Assembly (NCBI GenBank): GCA_013239625.1
Contig: MU053588.1
Location: 2,924,508-2,988,507, forward strand
Length of the DNA stretch: 64,000 bases
DNA from: Lama guanicoe
Lineage: Eukaryota
Reading direction: 5' to 3'
The notes under the pieces are model-generated. The model was not told the origin of the DNA. It did no database searches and worked only from the letters and a program-made list of their open reading frames with translations. The position numbers and the translations under genes were made by a program. The number at the start of each line of letters is the position of its first letter. Within the stretch, counting starts at the first letter, position 1. Of this stretch, positions 14,299-27,758 are shown one piece after another.

Positions 14299-17200
14299 TG
14301 CCGCCACAGAATGGGGCACTTTTACATTTAAAGCCTGTCCCAGTGTGAGTTTATTTGCCTCGTGGACCAGGGGGCTGTGGCAGCGAGGGCCCGTAGACAG
14401 GGTGGCCATCCTGATGACACAGGGTCCAGTCTTTTAGACAAGTAGGCCATAGCGCGCTGCCATGGCCCCACAGTTTGAGCCAGGACTCCAAGAGAATGTC
14501 CCAGTCTGGTCTGGTGTCAGGGGCCCGTGTCATGGCCCACCCCTCAACATCCAGCGTGTCCCTGGGGGCTCGGCCCTGCAGCCATTTTCATGCTTCAGTG
14601 AGAATGTGTCTCTTTTCCTCCGTCTGGCGAACATCTTCCCGGGTGGGCCGGTGAGAATCAAAGACAGACTCTACGAGGTCGATCAGAGCCTGCGGTTTGA
14701 CGGCCTGATTACAGTCATCACACACCACCAACTAGAAATCATTATGGGCTGGACAGAGACCAAATACTGGCATATCTTCGTGACAGAGCCCCATGACTGT
14801 CCCAGCATCGCTTCGGGACTGGGCAGGGGCCGGCGCTCCCCAACACTTGCCATTGCAGTGGTGGCGGTGGCAGTGGCAGCTGAGTTAGGTGGAGGCGGTG
14901 CCGGGGCTGCGGGGGCTGCTGCTGCTCCGCCTGCCACCACCGCTGGGCGGCCTGGCTCCCTCTGACGTCTTCCGCAGCCCGCTCCGACACTTTTTGTTCC
15001 TTTTCTTGGAGGGCAGGCCAAAAATCCTGACCGGTTTACCGGTGGCTCTTCATCTGCTATTAGTGTGGAAGCTCATCTTTTTAATTTTGTTTAGACCATG
15101 ATGTGATTGAAATGCCTGTGGCTTTTCCCAGTAGGAAGGAGTATGATGGCACCAATTGGGAAGGGCTGTAGTGCTAAAGGGTTGGTAGCAGAGTACAGGG
15201 TGTCTGGGCTGGACAGTCCTGTCCTCCCCAGCTTGCTGTGGCCCTTGTGTCTCCCGCAGCGGCATTTGCAGGGCCGGCGGTGCTGCTCTCCCAGCTTGTG
15301 CTGAGCTGAGTCTCCTCAGGCTGTCAGCTCAGGCTGGGGGCTGGGCTCTGCCTCTGGGTCCTCAGGTTGGGGAGGTGGTGACACAGAGGGTGGCCGTGTC
15401 TCCAGTGGGACCGGAGGTGTTGGTGCCCCGGGGGCATACGGAGGGTACAGGCACATCTCGTCCTCTGTATCGCCCTGGAAAATATACTTTTCTCTACCTG
15501 TCCTTTTTATTTTTGTTTTGGGGGGGGTTGGCCTGGACCAGCTGAGCTGCTCATATGTTGCATTGTCCAGGTCCATTTGAGCAGAACCAGATCCATGGGG
15601 CAGATATTCTGGGCAATATTTAGCCAGGAGTTAAAGTAAGGGAATTGATCTGGGTGGCCTGGGGCTCCGGTGATTATTTGATAGATTGCTCGCACTATTG
15701 CTAGGTCCAAAGTTTCTCCTGAGGGCCACCTGACTCCAAAGGGTGGCCATTCAAGTTCACACAAAGTATGGAGCCTGCCAGGGGTCATTTAAACTGTATA
15801 GTTTCCGGAGAACTCCTTTTTGAAATTTTCAATCATGCAGTCCAGAAGTGTCAGCTTTGATTTAGAGGCTCTCATTATTATTAGCTGACAGATTTTATGG
15901 CCTACAGGTGTGGGTCTGCTCCTGGCACCAAGGACTGGGACTCCAGTATTTCTGTTCTTGTTTTTTTTTTTTTTTCCCTCCTCAAAACAGTGGTTTTGTT
16001 TTGGTTTTGTTTTTGTTTTTTTAAACTCTGCTGCCTGGCTGGGCCTAATATCTATCTGCTTGGCTGGAAGAGCTGCCAGTGAGTTAGGGTTTCCCAGGAG
16101 GCACTTGTCCCAGAGGCTTCCCTGGGCCTGGATGAGCTCTAGGGGGTCCCTGCACAAAGCCTTCTCTATAGCCTAAATTGACAAAATAAGAGGCTGGGAT
16201 AGCCGGCCGGTGGCAGAATAAATGGACCAAAAGGGGACCTCAAGAGAGGGTTCCAGCCAGTCCTGGGGTAGCTCCCTGTGGCTCAGGTCTTGCCGGCTTA
16301 ATTTTAGACAGAGGGGTACTATTGAGGCTGGTTTATTAACTGCGGCAAGATATTCCGGGAGTCTGGTAACAAAGTCGCGCCTGAAACTTTTTAAAGTAGC
16401 CTCGTTTTAGTCCCAGACGGCGCAGGGTCGCTTACTTATACGCTGTTTTATGTCTCTTTCCCTCCCAGTGTAGCCACCCAGTGTCGGTGTCGCAGACAAG
16501 ACAAGGGAGGGTTTTCGCTCCATCCGCCTGGCCGCTCACCTCACGGGGACGAAGGTGCCTCTTAGCTTTGACGGGTCAGTGTAAGCCGCTGACTCGCATC
16601 GGGACCCTGAGGGACCGATACTGCCCCGAGCCGTATGAGGTCACCACAGAACCGCAGGTTGGGACTCACTCGAACTCCGTAGCACAATGCCGTGGAGCTA
16701 CGAACTCGAGCCTGATCGCGTGCTTCACGGGACTCACGTTCACTCACACACACACACGTGAACACCAGTCCTCCCACCAATCCCAATATCCTGTTTCCTG
16801 TAGGAGGGGACCAGCCTCCTCTTGTGTCCACTGGGACAGGACCTGACTTCTCCCCAGGGGTTCCTGCCTTGTCCGGACGGCCACCTGGTGAGTCTGTCCA
16901 TCCCTCCACCCAGTCTGGCTCTGGTTGTAGCCCAGCCACACGGGGGCCCGAGTCGCCGCCACGAAAGACAACCCGGAATATCATCAGGCAGCACCACCTC
17001 GTTTGCTGCCGGAGCCCCGTCCCCCAATCGGCCGGAGCCACCAGTCCAGCGGCTCAAGGGGCCGGTGTAGTTGAACCTCCCTAGGGCCTCCAGAAATGTT
17101 ACGGAAATGGCAGGCCAGCCAAGAAACAAACACCACTCAGAGGGTTGGAGTACTCAGATTTATTATGCCGGTGCGCTCAGAGGGGCTTTTGCTCCGAAGC

Positions 17201-17490
17201 TCTGAGCACCTCCAAGACGTGTGCATGGGGTTTTATACGGTTAATTGCAAGAATGGGGCTATTAGCTAATAAGGCTCAAACAACAAAACGCAAGGAATCA
17301 TCTGTTTGGAACAGATCATGTTACTGACACTCGTTGACCTTGGATTTACGAGTTACCTTGTTAGCCTAGGAAACTAACACTACACTTCAGACTTATGAGT
17401 CAGCCCAGCAGAACTTATGTCAGTAAGCCGACACTTGTTACACTTAGATTTATGTGTTACATAGTTACCCAGTCCGGCTTTTCCTTTTCA
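14299..17490 (-). mobile_element. ERV copy A (gamma-like, Thr PBS): 5' LTR, leader, gag with ATXN7 insert, pol remnant; 3'-truncated
   Basis: LTR 17097-17490; MA motifs LCELEWPPFGVRWP and PGHPDQFPY. Confidence 0.92.
14688..15124 (-). pseudogene. ATXN7: Captured, spliced, circularly permuted ATXN7 fragment in gag (copy A)
   Basis: SERAAEDVRG, AMASVGERRPLPSPEAMLGQSW, VMGLCHEDMPVFGLCPAHNDF, KPQAFQSH match the ataxin-7 N-terminus; permuted order. Confidence 0.92.
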
Positions 17491-19200
17491 AGAGGAGTGA
17501 TTTCAAAGAGCCCAGGCCTTTGCACCTTCCCATGCATAGAAAAGTGCTAAATTCCTTAGCTGGAGATATCTGGTTTTCTTTAAGTAGCAGTAATCTCTTG
17601 ATGTTCCGACTAGCTAGTCTTTGTTGGTAAAACGCATATATCCTGCCTTCGATCTTGCCACAGCGGAACAGCCTCTGAGAGGGAACTGAGATGCTGTGCC
17701 CCAGGCTCCAGTCCTCAGGAAATCCGCCAGGAGACATATAAATCTCAACTTTTTCGCTGTGCATTTATTTCAGTCGACAACCCTAAGTTTCTTCCTTAAA
17801 AATCTTTCATTAGCTTAAACACATAACCCTTAAGCAACGTACAGTTCACTGGCTGTCTACATATTCTCCTCGTTGTGCAACACGTCTCTGGTACAGTTTT
17901 TAATCAGTAAAACTGAAACTTGACACAGAAGACACGACTCTCCTGGCCGGCAACGGCTTTCTCTGGTGACTGAGAAACCTGCAGGAGTCGTACAAGGGAA
18001 GACCTGGTGCTGGGCAGCTCTCCCTGTAAGGGAGACTCACTCGTTTTGATGACACATGAGAGGGAACGGAGACCGCCCTGGGGGAAAAGCTTAGACGCTG
18101 AGCTCTCAAACAGCACATTGACCCACCACAGGATCTTCACTCCCGACTGTATTCTCACAACCGGCTTTAGAACAGGAACTAAGCGTTCAAAACAGAAGCA
18201 AAAGGAGCAACAGATTGCCAGTGTAAAATTACACTGACAAGTACTTTCTTCATTGGGAATTAAAGGAAGTCTCGCCCTGAAACTCACTAAGCTGGGGCTC
18301 TTTTCTTCTGTATGCAGTTAAGGGTAAAAAGCCTGGTAAAAGCAACTGTTCAGAATTCTGAACTGACACAAACAAAAATCCTTCTACAGGGAACTTGTAT
18401 TTCTCTTCCTGTGCCTTTGAAATGTAAATCCTATCTTTTTCTGGGTGGGGCGTGTGTGTGTGCGCGCGCGCGTGTGTGTTTAAACAAACAAACAGACACC
18501 TAGGTCTCTGCCATACAAAAGGTCCCCATATGACGTATATTTGTCAGCCAGGCAAAGAGACTGGGATTCTGAGCATTCCTTTGTCCGATTCTACCCATTC
18601 TCAGGCTTTTTGCCACGTCAGTCTTCATTACGTCATCCTGGACCATGAAGGCCTTTACTTCTGGGGAGTAAAATTTGAATCTTCTTAAGGCAGAAGCCCC
18701 TACTGTCTCGTGGGGAAGCCTCTTCCTCTTATGGCTTTCAAATCACTAAGCATAAATCTAGCTCATTCATGGCCAGAGGATGGATCTTTGAAGTTCGAGA
18801 AACTTCTAAATTGGTAACATTTGAGAGAGTTCTCACTATCAACGGCAGTTTCATACCTATAAATTTCAATCAAACTTAAAGACGGAAAGTATCTATCTAA
18901 TGGTTAATCGAAGAAAGCCCTTAGTTTAAAATGACAGGAAAAACTGCCTTGGGAGGCCTTATTTGTGTACTCCCGTTCCCCTCAATGGGCCTTACAGTTG
19001 CCAATACAAATATTAGAATAAATAATATGAATGTAGGCTGACTAAGTCAAATAAAAAAAAAACTGATGATTTTAAAGGGACTGATCTCAAATGGATTAAA
19101 AAAAAACCTCTAGATGCTTATTGAAAGTGGGGTAAATAAAACAGACATTTACAGATTAAAATTCAAGTTTTGATACTATGCTGTGTAAGCTTAAATAAGT
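17491..19200. mobile_element. Nested LTR remnant (17491-17779) and leader/internal fragments of another ERV family; copies at 27759-29470 and 29634-31040
   Basis: 17491-18150 is an inverted paralog of ~52015-52640; 18235-19150 resembles 60175-61100. Confidence 0.65.
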
Positions 19201-19519
19201 CAATGGTCAATGGGACCCTCTGCTGGTCCCCAATATTAAAGTCCAAACAAGTCCTCTCTATCTACCCCCTCTAGGGTCCAGGGCAGAGATCCTGGGGCTG
19301 GACACCGGACAGATCTTGTGGTGCCAAGCGCTGCCAGCCTGGGCCCTGCGACCCCCAAACTTCCAGCCATTAGGCATCTGCCTTCTCCTCTTCACAAGAC
19401 AAAGTACATTCCTTTCTGAGTCACACCGACCAACCCTAGCAGGATTAACTGCCCTGGGTAATGTCTAAACAGACAATGAAAAGTCAAGAGGACCTGGTCT
19501 GTCTCAACCCTCTGTCTCC

Positions 19520-19720
19520 ATCTTTTGCGAGTCACACATCCCACTGCCTTGCCATGCACCAAAGCCCCGTACCTCACTTGTAGCCAATCAGAAATCTGTT
19601 CACGGCATGACCACGCTCCGCCATCCCTCTGGGTTCGCAGCCCTTTCCTCAAAAAAACACCCAGCACGGTCACCCCGGCGCGCACACGGTCACCTCCCGT
19701 CTCTGTGGCCCACTCTTGCC
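19520..19720. promoter_or_regulatory. Promoter-like CpG-rich patch with CCAAT box (copies at ~31360-31560 and 43340-43540)
   Basis: AGCCAATCAG NF-Y consensus, clustered CpGs. Confidence 0.35.
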
Positions 19721-20059
19721 TGTAGCAGCGCAGCTATTCAACTTTTCTTTGTGTCTGGAAGCTTCTTTTACCGCCTGCGCCACAGCCCACCAAAACCCAC
19801 AACAGATCTCACCACACAAACAGACCATAGACAGCATGCCATTTTGCAACAGCTTTATTTCAGTCCGTCTCAAATTTCTTCAGCAAGCGAACTTGTCAAA
19901 ACAGGAAGAAAGCTGATTTCGATGAAAGGAAATCACTTTCAGCAGTTATTGCAATCATGCCCATATTCTGCTGTGTCAGGAACGTATTTGAAACTGCACG
20001 AGAAAGGCAAGGAAAATCCAACGATTGGACATAATTTCCATATGCCTTTATAATTTCTT

Positions 20060-20368
20060 TTAAACTGTATATACGCATGTTGCTTCACGATGCTCCTTCT
20101 TAAAGAAATATGGGATATTTTGTAGAATGTTTCCCTTAAACAAGCTTTCGACAACAGCAGGCGTGTTCCGGATTATATAGGTCAGAGCAGTTTTCACTGC
20201 ATACCGACAAATCCACAGTATGATTTCATTTAACACGGTGTGTTGATCTGTTAAATACTCTTGGAGAAACAGCATCAACTTTTCCTCGAGAAATAGCCAT
20301 AATATGCGGCTTAGAAATAGCAGAGCTACGCCTTTCATAGATGAAAACACCATGTCCTTGATCCGCAT
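20060..20368 (-). CDS. Putative 102-aa protein of unknown family, type I (terminal exon)
   Basis: Acceptor CCCCTTTTACTTATATTCCGCAG at ~20555, ATG with G at -3, AATAAA (19854-19859) with GU-rich downstream; same-length open paralog at 42680. Confidence 0.55.
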   Translation of the reverse strand: MRIKDMVFSSMKGVALLFLSRILWLFLEEKLMLFLQEYLTDQHTVLNEIILWICRYAVKTALTYIIRNTPAVVESLFKGNILQNIPYFFKKEHREATCVYTV

Positions 20369-22140
20369 ACCGGGTATATGTTTGCTGCAGTCTAAGCTCT
20401 GACTGGGTTTTAATGTAGAGAGGTGTGTAGAGTGGCAATTTAGAGAGCTCAGTGCCACTAAACAGAGAAGTTGAAAACAGCTCACAGTTGCCCTGCTGAG
20501 GAGAGGCACCGCACAGCACGCAGGGATCCAAGACAACTAAGGGTTTCAGTACAGCTGCGGAATATAAGTAAAAGGGGAGGGCCTAAACCGGACCCGTCAT
20601 TGTGTGGGTGGGGAAAGTACACAGCTGAACATTCCCACAGTAAATAACTAGGTGAGGTTTGGTAAAGGCACCATACTGATTATCCTTCTCTCACATTCAA
20701 GCACACTCTAAATTGATTTTAAACTGCATATGTCATTTATTGTCTCTCTCCTTCTTACTAACTTCCAGATTGGTACTTTATTTGGCCATATCACTACAAA
20801 CACTACTTCTTTCTCTTCAAAAAGTCCCTACTTCCCACACTAAAAAACAAATTATACCCACACAACACCATCAAGGTACTTTTAAACTAACAGAAGCAGT
20901 TACTTTTTGTTGTTGTTGTTCACAAATTTGAAATGAACAGACACAAATAAATTTCCACTGTAAAATATATACTTAAACAACAGGTACAGGTCAGGCCCCT
21001 TCTGCTTATAAGTGCACAGGGCCTTTGTCACAAAACCTATAATTTATTTGTAATAATTCGACATATGTCAAGGATTAGATCACAAGCCAATGCAGCTGCT
21101 GACATCAATATTCCCTGAAAGGAGTTCAGGGTGGAGATCGGGAATGAGACACTCCGTGTCCTGGGGAAAACTTGCAGAAGAGGCCTTCACATTGTGAGAT
21201 GTTTTCAGGAGATTTTCTGAGCCCTAGTTCTTCTCTCTCCTCATATGCAGCAAAGCACTAAAATAACTAATGGTGACATCTGCTCTGCTCCTTGTGACTA
21301 GCAGCAAGCCTCTGCCTAAATGTGTGCTTGGCTGCACACACCCTCCCTACACTAACATCATGTATAACACTGAGCTCCCTGCTGCCTCTTCGGAGCAGTT
21401 ACTCAGAGCTAAGATGCTGTCTACTGGACTACAGTTCTCATTTTGCCCCCAAATAAAACTTAACTCAAAACTCTCACACTGTGTGATTTTATTTCAGTCG
21501 CCAGGTGGAACAGAGTATTAACCTAGCCGGGTGCTTCTGAGTGACTGACTGCTCAGGTTGCCAGTCCCTGAAGCCCACCCCGCCCCCGAAGGGCAAATGA
21601 TATGTTCATGCTCCTTGTGAATCTGCTCCAACCTCAAGCCATACAAAACCTACAGGAATGGTAAGCCCTGACTGCCTTTACATCCCCAACGGGATAGTTT
21701 TCTTTCTTTTGAAAGTTTCCTATTTGGGGCTCTGACAATAATTAGGCAGGTATTTGGCTCTGGCCAAATCAGTGACCAAATCTGAGATGATTTACCACAG
21801 AAAGAGGAATACGTGAAACACACTGATGATGTACACAGTTATAACTTTCCTCAAAAAAGAGATGGCAAAAACCTTCTCCTAATCTAGCCCCACCGGAGGG
21901 TGACAATATCCAAGTCCTCACCCTGAAAGTTGGGGCTTCCAGCCTGGGTCCTGTCCTCCCAGCAGGACTGGGCTCCAGGGCTGAAGGAAGCCCCTTTGCA
22001 CAGGAGGTGCCTGCATCTGAAGGCAGGAGGGAGGAGTCAGTGACTGTCCTTGTGCACTTGGACAACAGGCCCAGGCCAGAAACAGGGTGGGGATGCAGCA
22101 GTGGTCAGGGGGTGGAGCTGGGATGTGACAGCCACAGGCA

Positions 22141-22530
22141 CTAAGGTGCCCCCTTTGACCCCCACAGCATCTGAGGGACTATGGAGGTAATAATGTTGAG
22201 AATACAGGGCAGCATTAAACCACAGTCCTTACTGTTGGTTTGCAGCTTAGTATCTTTTTTAAAAAAGGTGATACTGTTTTTAAGCATTTCATCACCAACT
22301 GGTTGTATAGAACTAGAGCCAACTTGCCCACTACAAATACAGGCATCCTCCCGATTAAAAGTTAAGACATCTGGTCTAACAACAGCATTGATTATTTCTT
22401 GGGCCATATCATTCTTTGTGTCTCTTAGGGATATCCTCATCTCATCTATGAGAAATGTACCCACGATATCCACGAGAACTCCCATGGCATTGTCCTTTGC
22501 ACATGAAATTAATGAATGCTTCAAAAACAC
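22141..22530 (-). pseudogene. Unknown ORF family, type III, copy 2
   Basis: Identical translation to 11874-12263. Confidence 0.6.
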
Positions 22531-24565
22531 AATGAGTGTGAATTTTTACATTTTGTTTTGTTTTATTTTGTTTTGTTTTTCGCTTCAGTCCTGGATCTGA
22601 CTTCATCCCTGGAGAGTCAGCCATGGAAGAAGTAAAAGATATGACATCTGCTCACCCCATACATCAGAGGTGCTCCTGGTCAGTGAGCATGAGTCACGGT
22701 GCCCAGAACCACCAGCCATCTTCATGAAGTCCCCACCCTCCAGCCAGACTGGCTTATGTGACCTGTGGCCATAGCCTGCAAGATAGCAAGATTCCCAGGA
22801 GGTTTTGAGGAAGTGAAAATGACTGAGGCCCCTGGAGAGGCTGAAGAGAGGAGGGAAGTGCAGGGGGAAGTGACAGAGTTGACGGCTCGGATGGCCTAAG
22901 AGTGTGTGGACCCCCGAAAACAGACAAAAGGGGGAATACCCTGGGGGACTGGGGATAAACTTGAAAGGAGGGTAACTCCACAGGAGTCGCATCTATTTCC
23001 ACACAGTTATCCTTCTTCATGTATTAAAGGCTTCCATAGGATAATATGCTCCTTCAAACACTAATCGAAACTGGCCCTTTTTGGACACATCTTCCCATCA
23101 ATGGTTGGTTTGATGTTAAACCTACTAGGATTCAGAAATTGTGTATGAAGTCACTGTGCCCGAATTAGTCCAGTTTAAAGACTTCTTTCCCTCGGGAGCA
23201 TGTAACACATTCCACTTAAGAACACCTGACAAAGTGTTGACAATATTGTAATATGATAGGGATCTAGGCTGAGGCTCAAGACTGAAAGGACTATCAGGAC
23301 TTGCTCCTTCTGTTTTTGTTTTAGAGTGACAGGGCTTCTCATTGATGATGAGGTTGATATTTCAAACCCTAGGTTTGAGTGTCGAGGCTGAAGAGTCAGA
23401 TCATTGCAGGCTGCATGTTTCATGGTCAGCCCCAGGAGAGGTTCCTCAGCGGGTGGTTGTTCCTCTCACATCTTTTCCCCTCCAGTCTCTATTGACCCCT
23501 GCAAGGATTCCTCCTGCGACTTCAGAGATCCATCACTACCCTGCACCCCTGCCATGTGTATCCGGAAGGGCAGCCTCTGCTAAGCTGGTCTCTCAGACCA
23601 CTGGCAGACAGTGATGTCAGGAATTAGGGACTTGCAAGCAGCACAGACTCCTGGGGAAAGGGAAGGTCAGCTCAACAAGCCCAGGGCGTGACTCCAGTGC
23701 GGGGATTATGGCCCAGGCCTGTTTGTGAGGTCCAGAAACTATAGTAAGAAATGTGTCCTGGAGAAATGGAAATCAAAACTACACTGAGATATTACCTCAC
23801 ACCCATTAGGATGGATCCAATTAAAATACATAAAAACACAAGTGTTGGTGATGATGTGGAAAAATTGGAACCCTTGTGCACTTTGGTGGGAATGTATAAT
23901 GCAACAACTGCTTTGGAGAAGAGTATAGTGGTTCTTCAAACACTTTAACATAGAACTACCATATAATCCAGCAAGTTCACTCCTGGGTATACGCCCAAAG
24001 AATTGAAAGCAGGGTCTCAAAGAAACATTTGTCCACACGTGTTCATAGCAGCATTATTCACAACAGCTAAAATGTGGAAGCAGCCCACGTGACCACTGAT
24101 AGACGAATGGATAAGCCAAATGTGGTATATATGTACAACAGAATTTATTCACAACAATGTGAAAGTCTTCATTACCAGTGAACTGTACCCTTAAAAATGG
24201 TTCAGATGGTAAATTTTATGTTATGTGCATTTTGCCACAATAAAGAAAGAAAAAAAAAGGAATCATGTCTCTTAATGTGAATTGAAATGGTATCCTTGAA
24301 TCCAGGGTGAAGATGGTCCCAAGTGCCTCATCTGGCTCTCTTGGTGCTGATGATGGTTGATGTTCTGAGCAGTTGTCTTGCTTCTATTTCCCATGACTTT
24401 GCAGCACCCACAAGCTCTGAGAGGGTTCCCTTGCTGCCCTAACCTGGGGGTTGTGCCTGGGAAGAAGTGAATCAAGGGAGACTGCTTTGTACCCCTTTGA
24501 AAAATGTTCTCCTTGCCTCAACCATCTGTTAATGTCATGGGTAATTCTCCTCCACCCTCCTCTTC

Positions 24566-27500
24566 TGCCGCCACAGAATGGGGCACTTTTACATTTAAAG
24601 CCTGTCCCAGTGTGAGTTTATTTGCCTCGTGGACCAGGGGGCTGTGGCAGCGAGGGCCCGTAGACAGGGTGGCCATCCTGATGACACAGGGTCCAGTCTT
24701 TTAGACAAGTAGGCCATAGCGCGCTGCCATGGCCCCACAGTTTGAGCCAGGACTCCAAGAGAATGTCCCAGTCTGGTCTGGTGTCAGGGGCCCGTGTCAT
24801 GGCCCACCCCTCAACATCCAGCGTGTCCCTGGGGGCTCGGCCCTGCAGCCATTTTCATGCTTCAGTGAGAATGTGTCTCTTTTCCTCCGTCTGGCGAACA
24901 TCTTCCCGGGTGGGCCGGTGAGAATCAAAGACAGACTCTACGAGGTCGATCAGAGCCTGCGGTTTGACGGCCTGATTACAGTCATCACACACCACCAACT
25001 AGAAATCATTATGGGCTGGACAGAGACCAAATACTGGCATATCTTCGTGACAGAGCCCCATGACTGTCCCAGCATCGCTTCGGGACTGGGCAGGGGCCGG
25101 CGCTCCCCAACACTTGCCATTGCAGTGGTGGCGGTGGCAGTGGCAGCTGAGTTAGGTGGAGGCGGTGCCGGGGCTGCGGGGGCTGCTGCTGCTCCGCCTG
25201 CCACCACCGCTGGGCGGCCTGGCTCCCTCTGACGTCTTCCGCAGCCCGCTCCGACACTTTTTGTTCCTTTTCTTGGAGGGCAGGCCAAAAATCCTGACCG
25301 GTTTACCGGTGGCTCTTCATCTGCTATTAGTGTGGAAGCTCATCTTTTTAATTTTGTTTAGACCATGATGTGATTGAAATGCCTGTGGCTTTTCCCAGTA
25401 GGAAGGAGTATGATGGCACCAATTGGGAAGGGCTGTAGTGCTAAAGGGTTGGTAGCAGAGTACAGGGTGTCTGGGCTGGACAGTCCTGTCCTCCCCAGCT
25501 TGCTGTGGCCCTTGTGTCTCCCGCAGCGGCATTTGCAGGGCCGGCGGTGCTGCTCTCCCAGCTTGTGCTGAGCTGAGTCTCCTCAGGCTGTCAGCTCAGG
25601 CTGGGGGCTGGGCTCTGCCTCTGGGTCCTCAGGTTGGGGAGGTGGTGACACAGAGGGTGGCCGTGTCTCCAGTGGGACCGGAGGTGTTGGTGCCCCGGGG
25701 GCATACGGAGGGTACAGGCACATCTCGTCCTCTGTATCGCCCTGGAAAATATACTTTTCTCTACCTGTCCTTTTTATTTTTGTTTTGGGGGGGGTTGGCC
25801 TGGACCAGCTGAGCTGCTCATATGTTGCATTGTCCAGGTCCATTTGAGCAGAACCAGATCCATGGGGCAGATATTCTGGGCAATATTTAGCCAGGAGTTA
25901 AAGTAAGGGAATTGATCTGGGTGGCCTGGGGCTCCGGTGATTATTTGATAGATTGCTCGCACTATTGCTAGGTCCAAAGTTTCTCCTGAGGGCCACCTGA
26001 CTCCAAAGGGTGGCCATTCAAGTTCACACAAAGTATGGAGCCTGCCAGGGGTCATTTAAACTGTATAGTTTCCGGAGAACTCCTTTTTGAAATTTTCAAT
26101 CATGCAGTCCAGAAGTGTCAGCTTTGATTTAGAGGCTCTCATTATTATTAGCTGACAGATTTTATGGCCTACAGGTGTGGGTCTGCTCCTGGCACCAAGG
26201 ACTGGGACTCCAGTATTTCTGTTCTTGTTTTTTTTTTTTTTTCCACTCCTCAAAACAGTGGTTTTGTTTTGGTTTTGTTTTTGTTTTTTTAAACTCTGCT
26301 GCCTGGCTGGGCCTAATATCTATCTGCTTGGCTGGAAGAGCTGCCAGTGAGTTAGGGTTTCCCAGGAGGCACTTGTCCCAGAGGCTTCCCTGGGCCTGGA
26401 TGAGCTCTAGGGGGTCCCTGCACAAAGCCTTCTCTATAGCCTAAATTGACAAAATAAGAGGCTGGGATAGCCGGCCGGTGGCAGAATAAATGGACCAAAA
26501 GGGGACCTCAAGAGAGGGTTCCAGCCAGTCCTGGGGTAGCTCCCTGTGGCTCAGGTCTTGCCGGCTTAATTTTAGACAGAGGGGTACTATTGAGGCTGGT
26601 TTATTAACTGCGGCAAGATATTCCGGGAGTCTGGTAACAAAGTCGCGCCTGAAACTTTTTAAAGTAGCCTCGTTTTAGTCCCAGACGGCGCAGGGTCGCT
26701 TACTTATACGCTGTTTTATGTCTCTTTCCCTCCCAGTGTAGCCACCCAGTGTCGGTGTCGCAGACAAGACAAGGGAGGGTTTTCGCTCCATCCGCCTGGC
26801 CGCTCACCTCACGGGGACGAAGGTGCCTCTTAGCTTTGACGGGTCAGTGTAAGCCGCTGACTCGCATCGGGACCCTGAGGGACCGATACTGCCCCGAGCC
26901 GTATGAGGTCACCACAGAACCGCAGGTTGGGACTCACTCGAACTCCGTAGCACAATGCCGTGGAGCTACGAACTCGAGCCTGATCGCGTGCTTCACGGGA
27001 CTCACGTTCACTCACACACACACACGTGAACACCAGTCCTCCCACCAATCCCAATATCCTGTTTCCTGTAGGAGGGGACCAGCCTCCTCTTGTGTCCACT
27101 GGGACAGGACCTGACTTCTCCCCAGGGGTTCCTGCCTTGTCCGGACGGCCACCTGGTGAGTCTGTCCATCCCTCCACCCAGTCTGGCTCTGGTTGTAGCC
27201 CAGCCACACGGGGGCCCGAGTCGCCGCCACGAAAGACAACCCGGAATATCATCAGGCAGCACCACCTCGTTTGCTGCCGGAGCCCCGTCCCCCAATCGGC
27301 CGGAGCCACCAGTCCAGCGGCTCAAGGGGCCGGTGTAGTTGAACCTCCCTAGGGCCTCCAGAAATGTTACGGAAATGGCAGGCCAGCCAAGAAACAAACA
27401 CCACTCAGAGGGTTGGAGTACTCAGATTTATTATGCCGGTGCGCTCAGAGGGGCTTTTGCTCCGAAGCTCTGAGCACCTCCAAGACGTGTGCATGGGGTT

Positions 27501-27758
27501 TTATACGGTTAATTGCAAGAATGGGGCTATTAGCTAATAAGGCTCAAACAACAAAACGCAAGGAATCATCTGTTTGGAACAGATCATGTTACTGACACTC
27601 GTTGACCTTGGATTTACGAGTTACCTTGTTAGCCTAGGAAACTAACACTACACTTCAGACTTATGAGTCAGCCCAGCAGAACTTATGTCAGTAAGCCGAC
27701 ACTTGTTACACTTAGATTTATGTGTTACATAGTTACCCAGTCCGGCTTTTCCTTTTCA
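24566..27758 (-). mobile_element. ERV copy B (duplicate of copy A)
   Basis: Matches copy A apart from a 1-nt insertion at ~26245; LTR 27365-27758. Confidence 0.92.
24955..25391 (-). pseudogene. ATXN7: Captured circularly permuted ATXN7 fragment (copy B)
   Basis: Same as copy A. Confidence 0.92.

Larger units (their letters stand above)
10802..21068 (+). repeat. Tandem segmental duplication, unit 1 (10,267 bp)
   Basis: All ORFs recur at +10267/+10268. Confidence 0.97.

Noticed and set aside
14462..14965. 167-aa plus-strand ORF
   Set aside because: Antisense to gag/ATXN7 in GC-rich sequence; no independent support.
20226..20531. Overlapping 101-aa frame (MDPCVLCG..) as the true CDS
   Set aside because: Disrupted by stops and an indel in the paralog at 42.5-42.7 kb.
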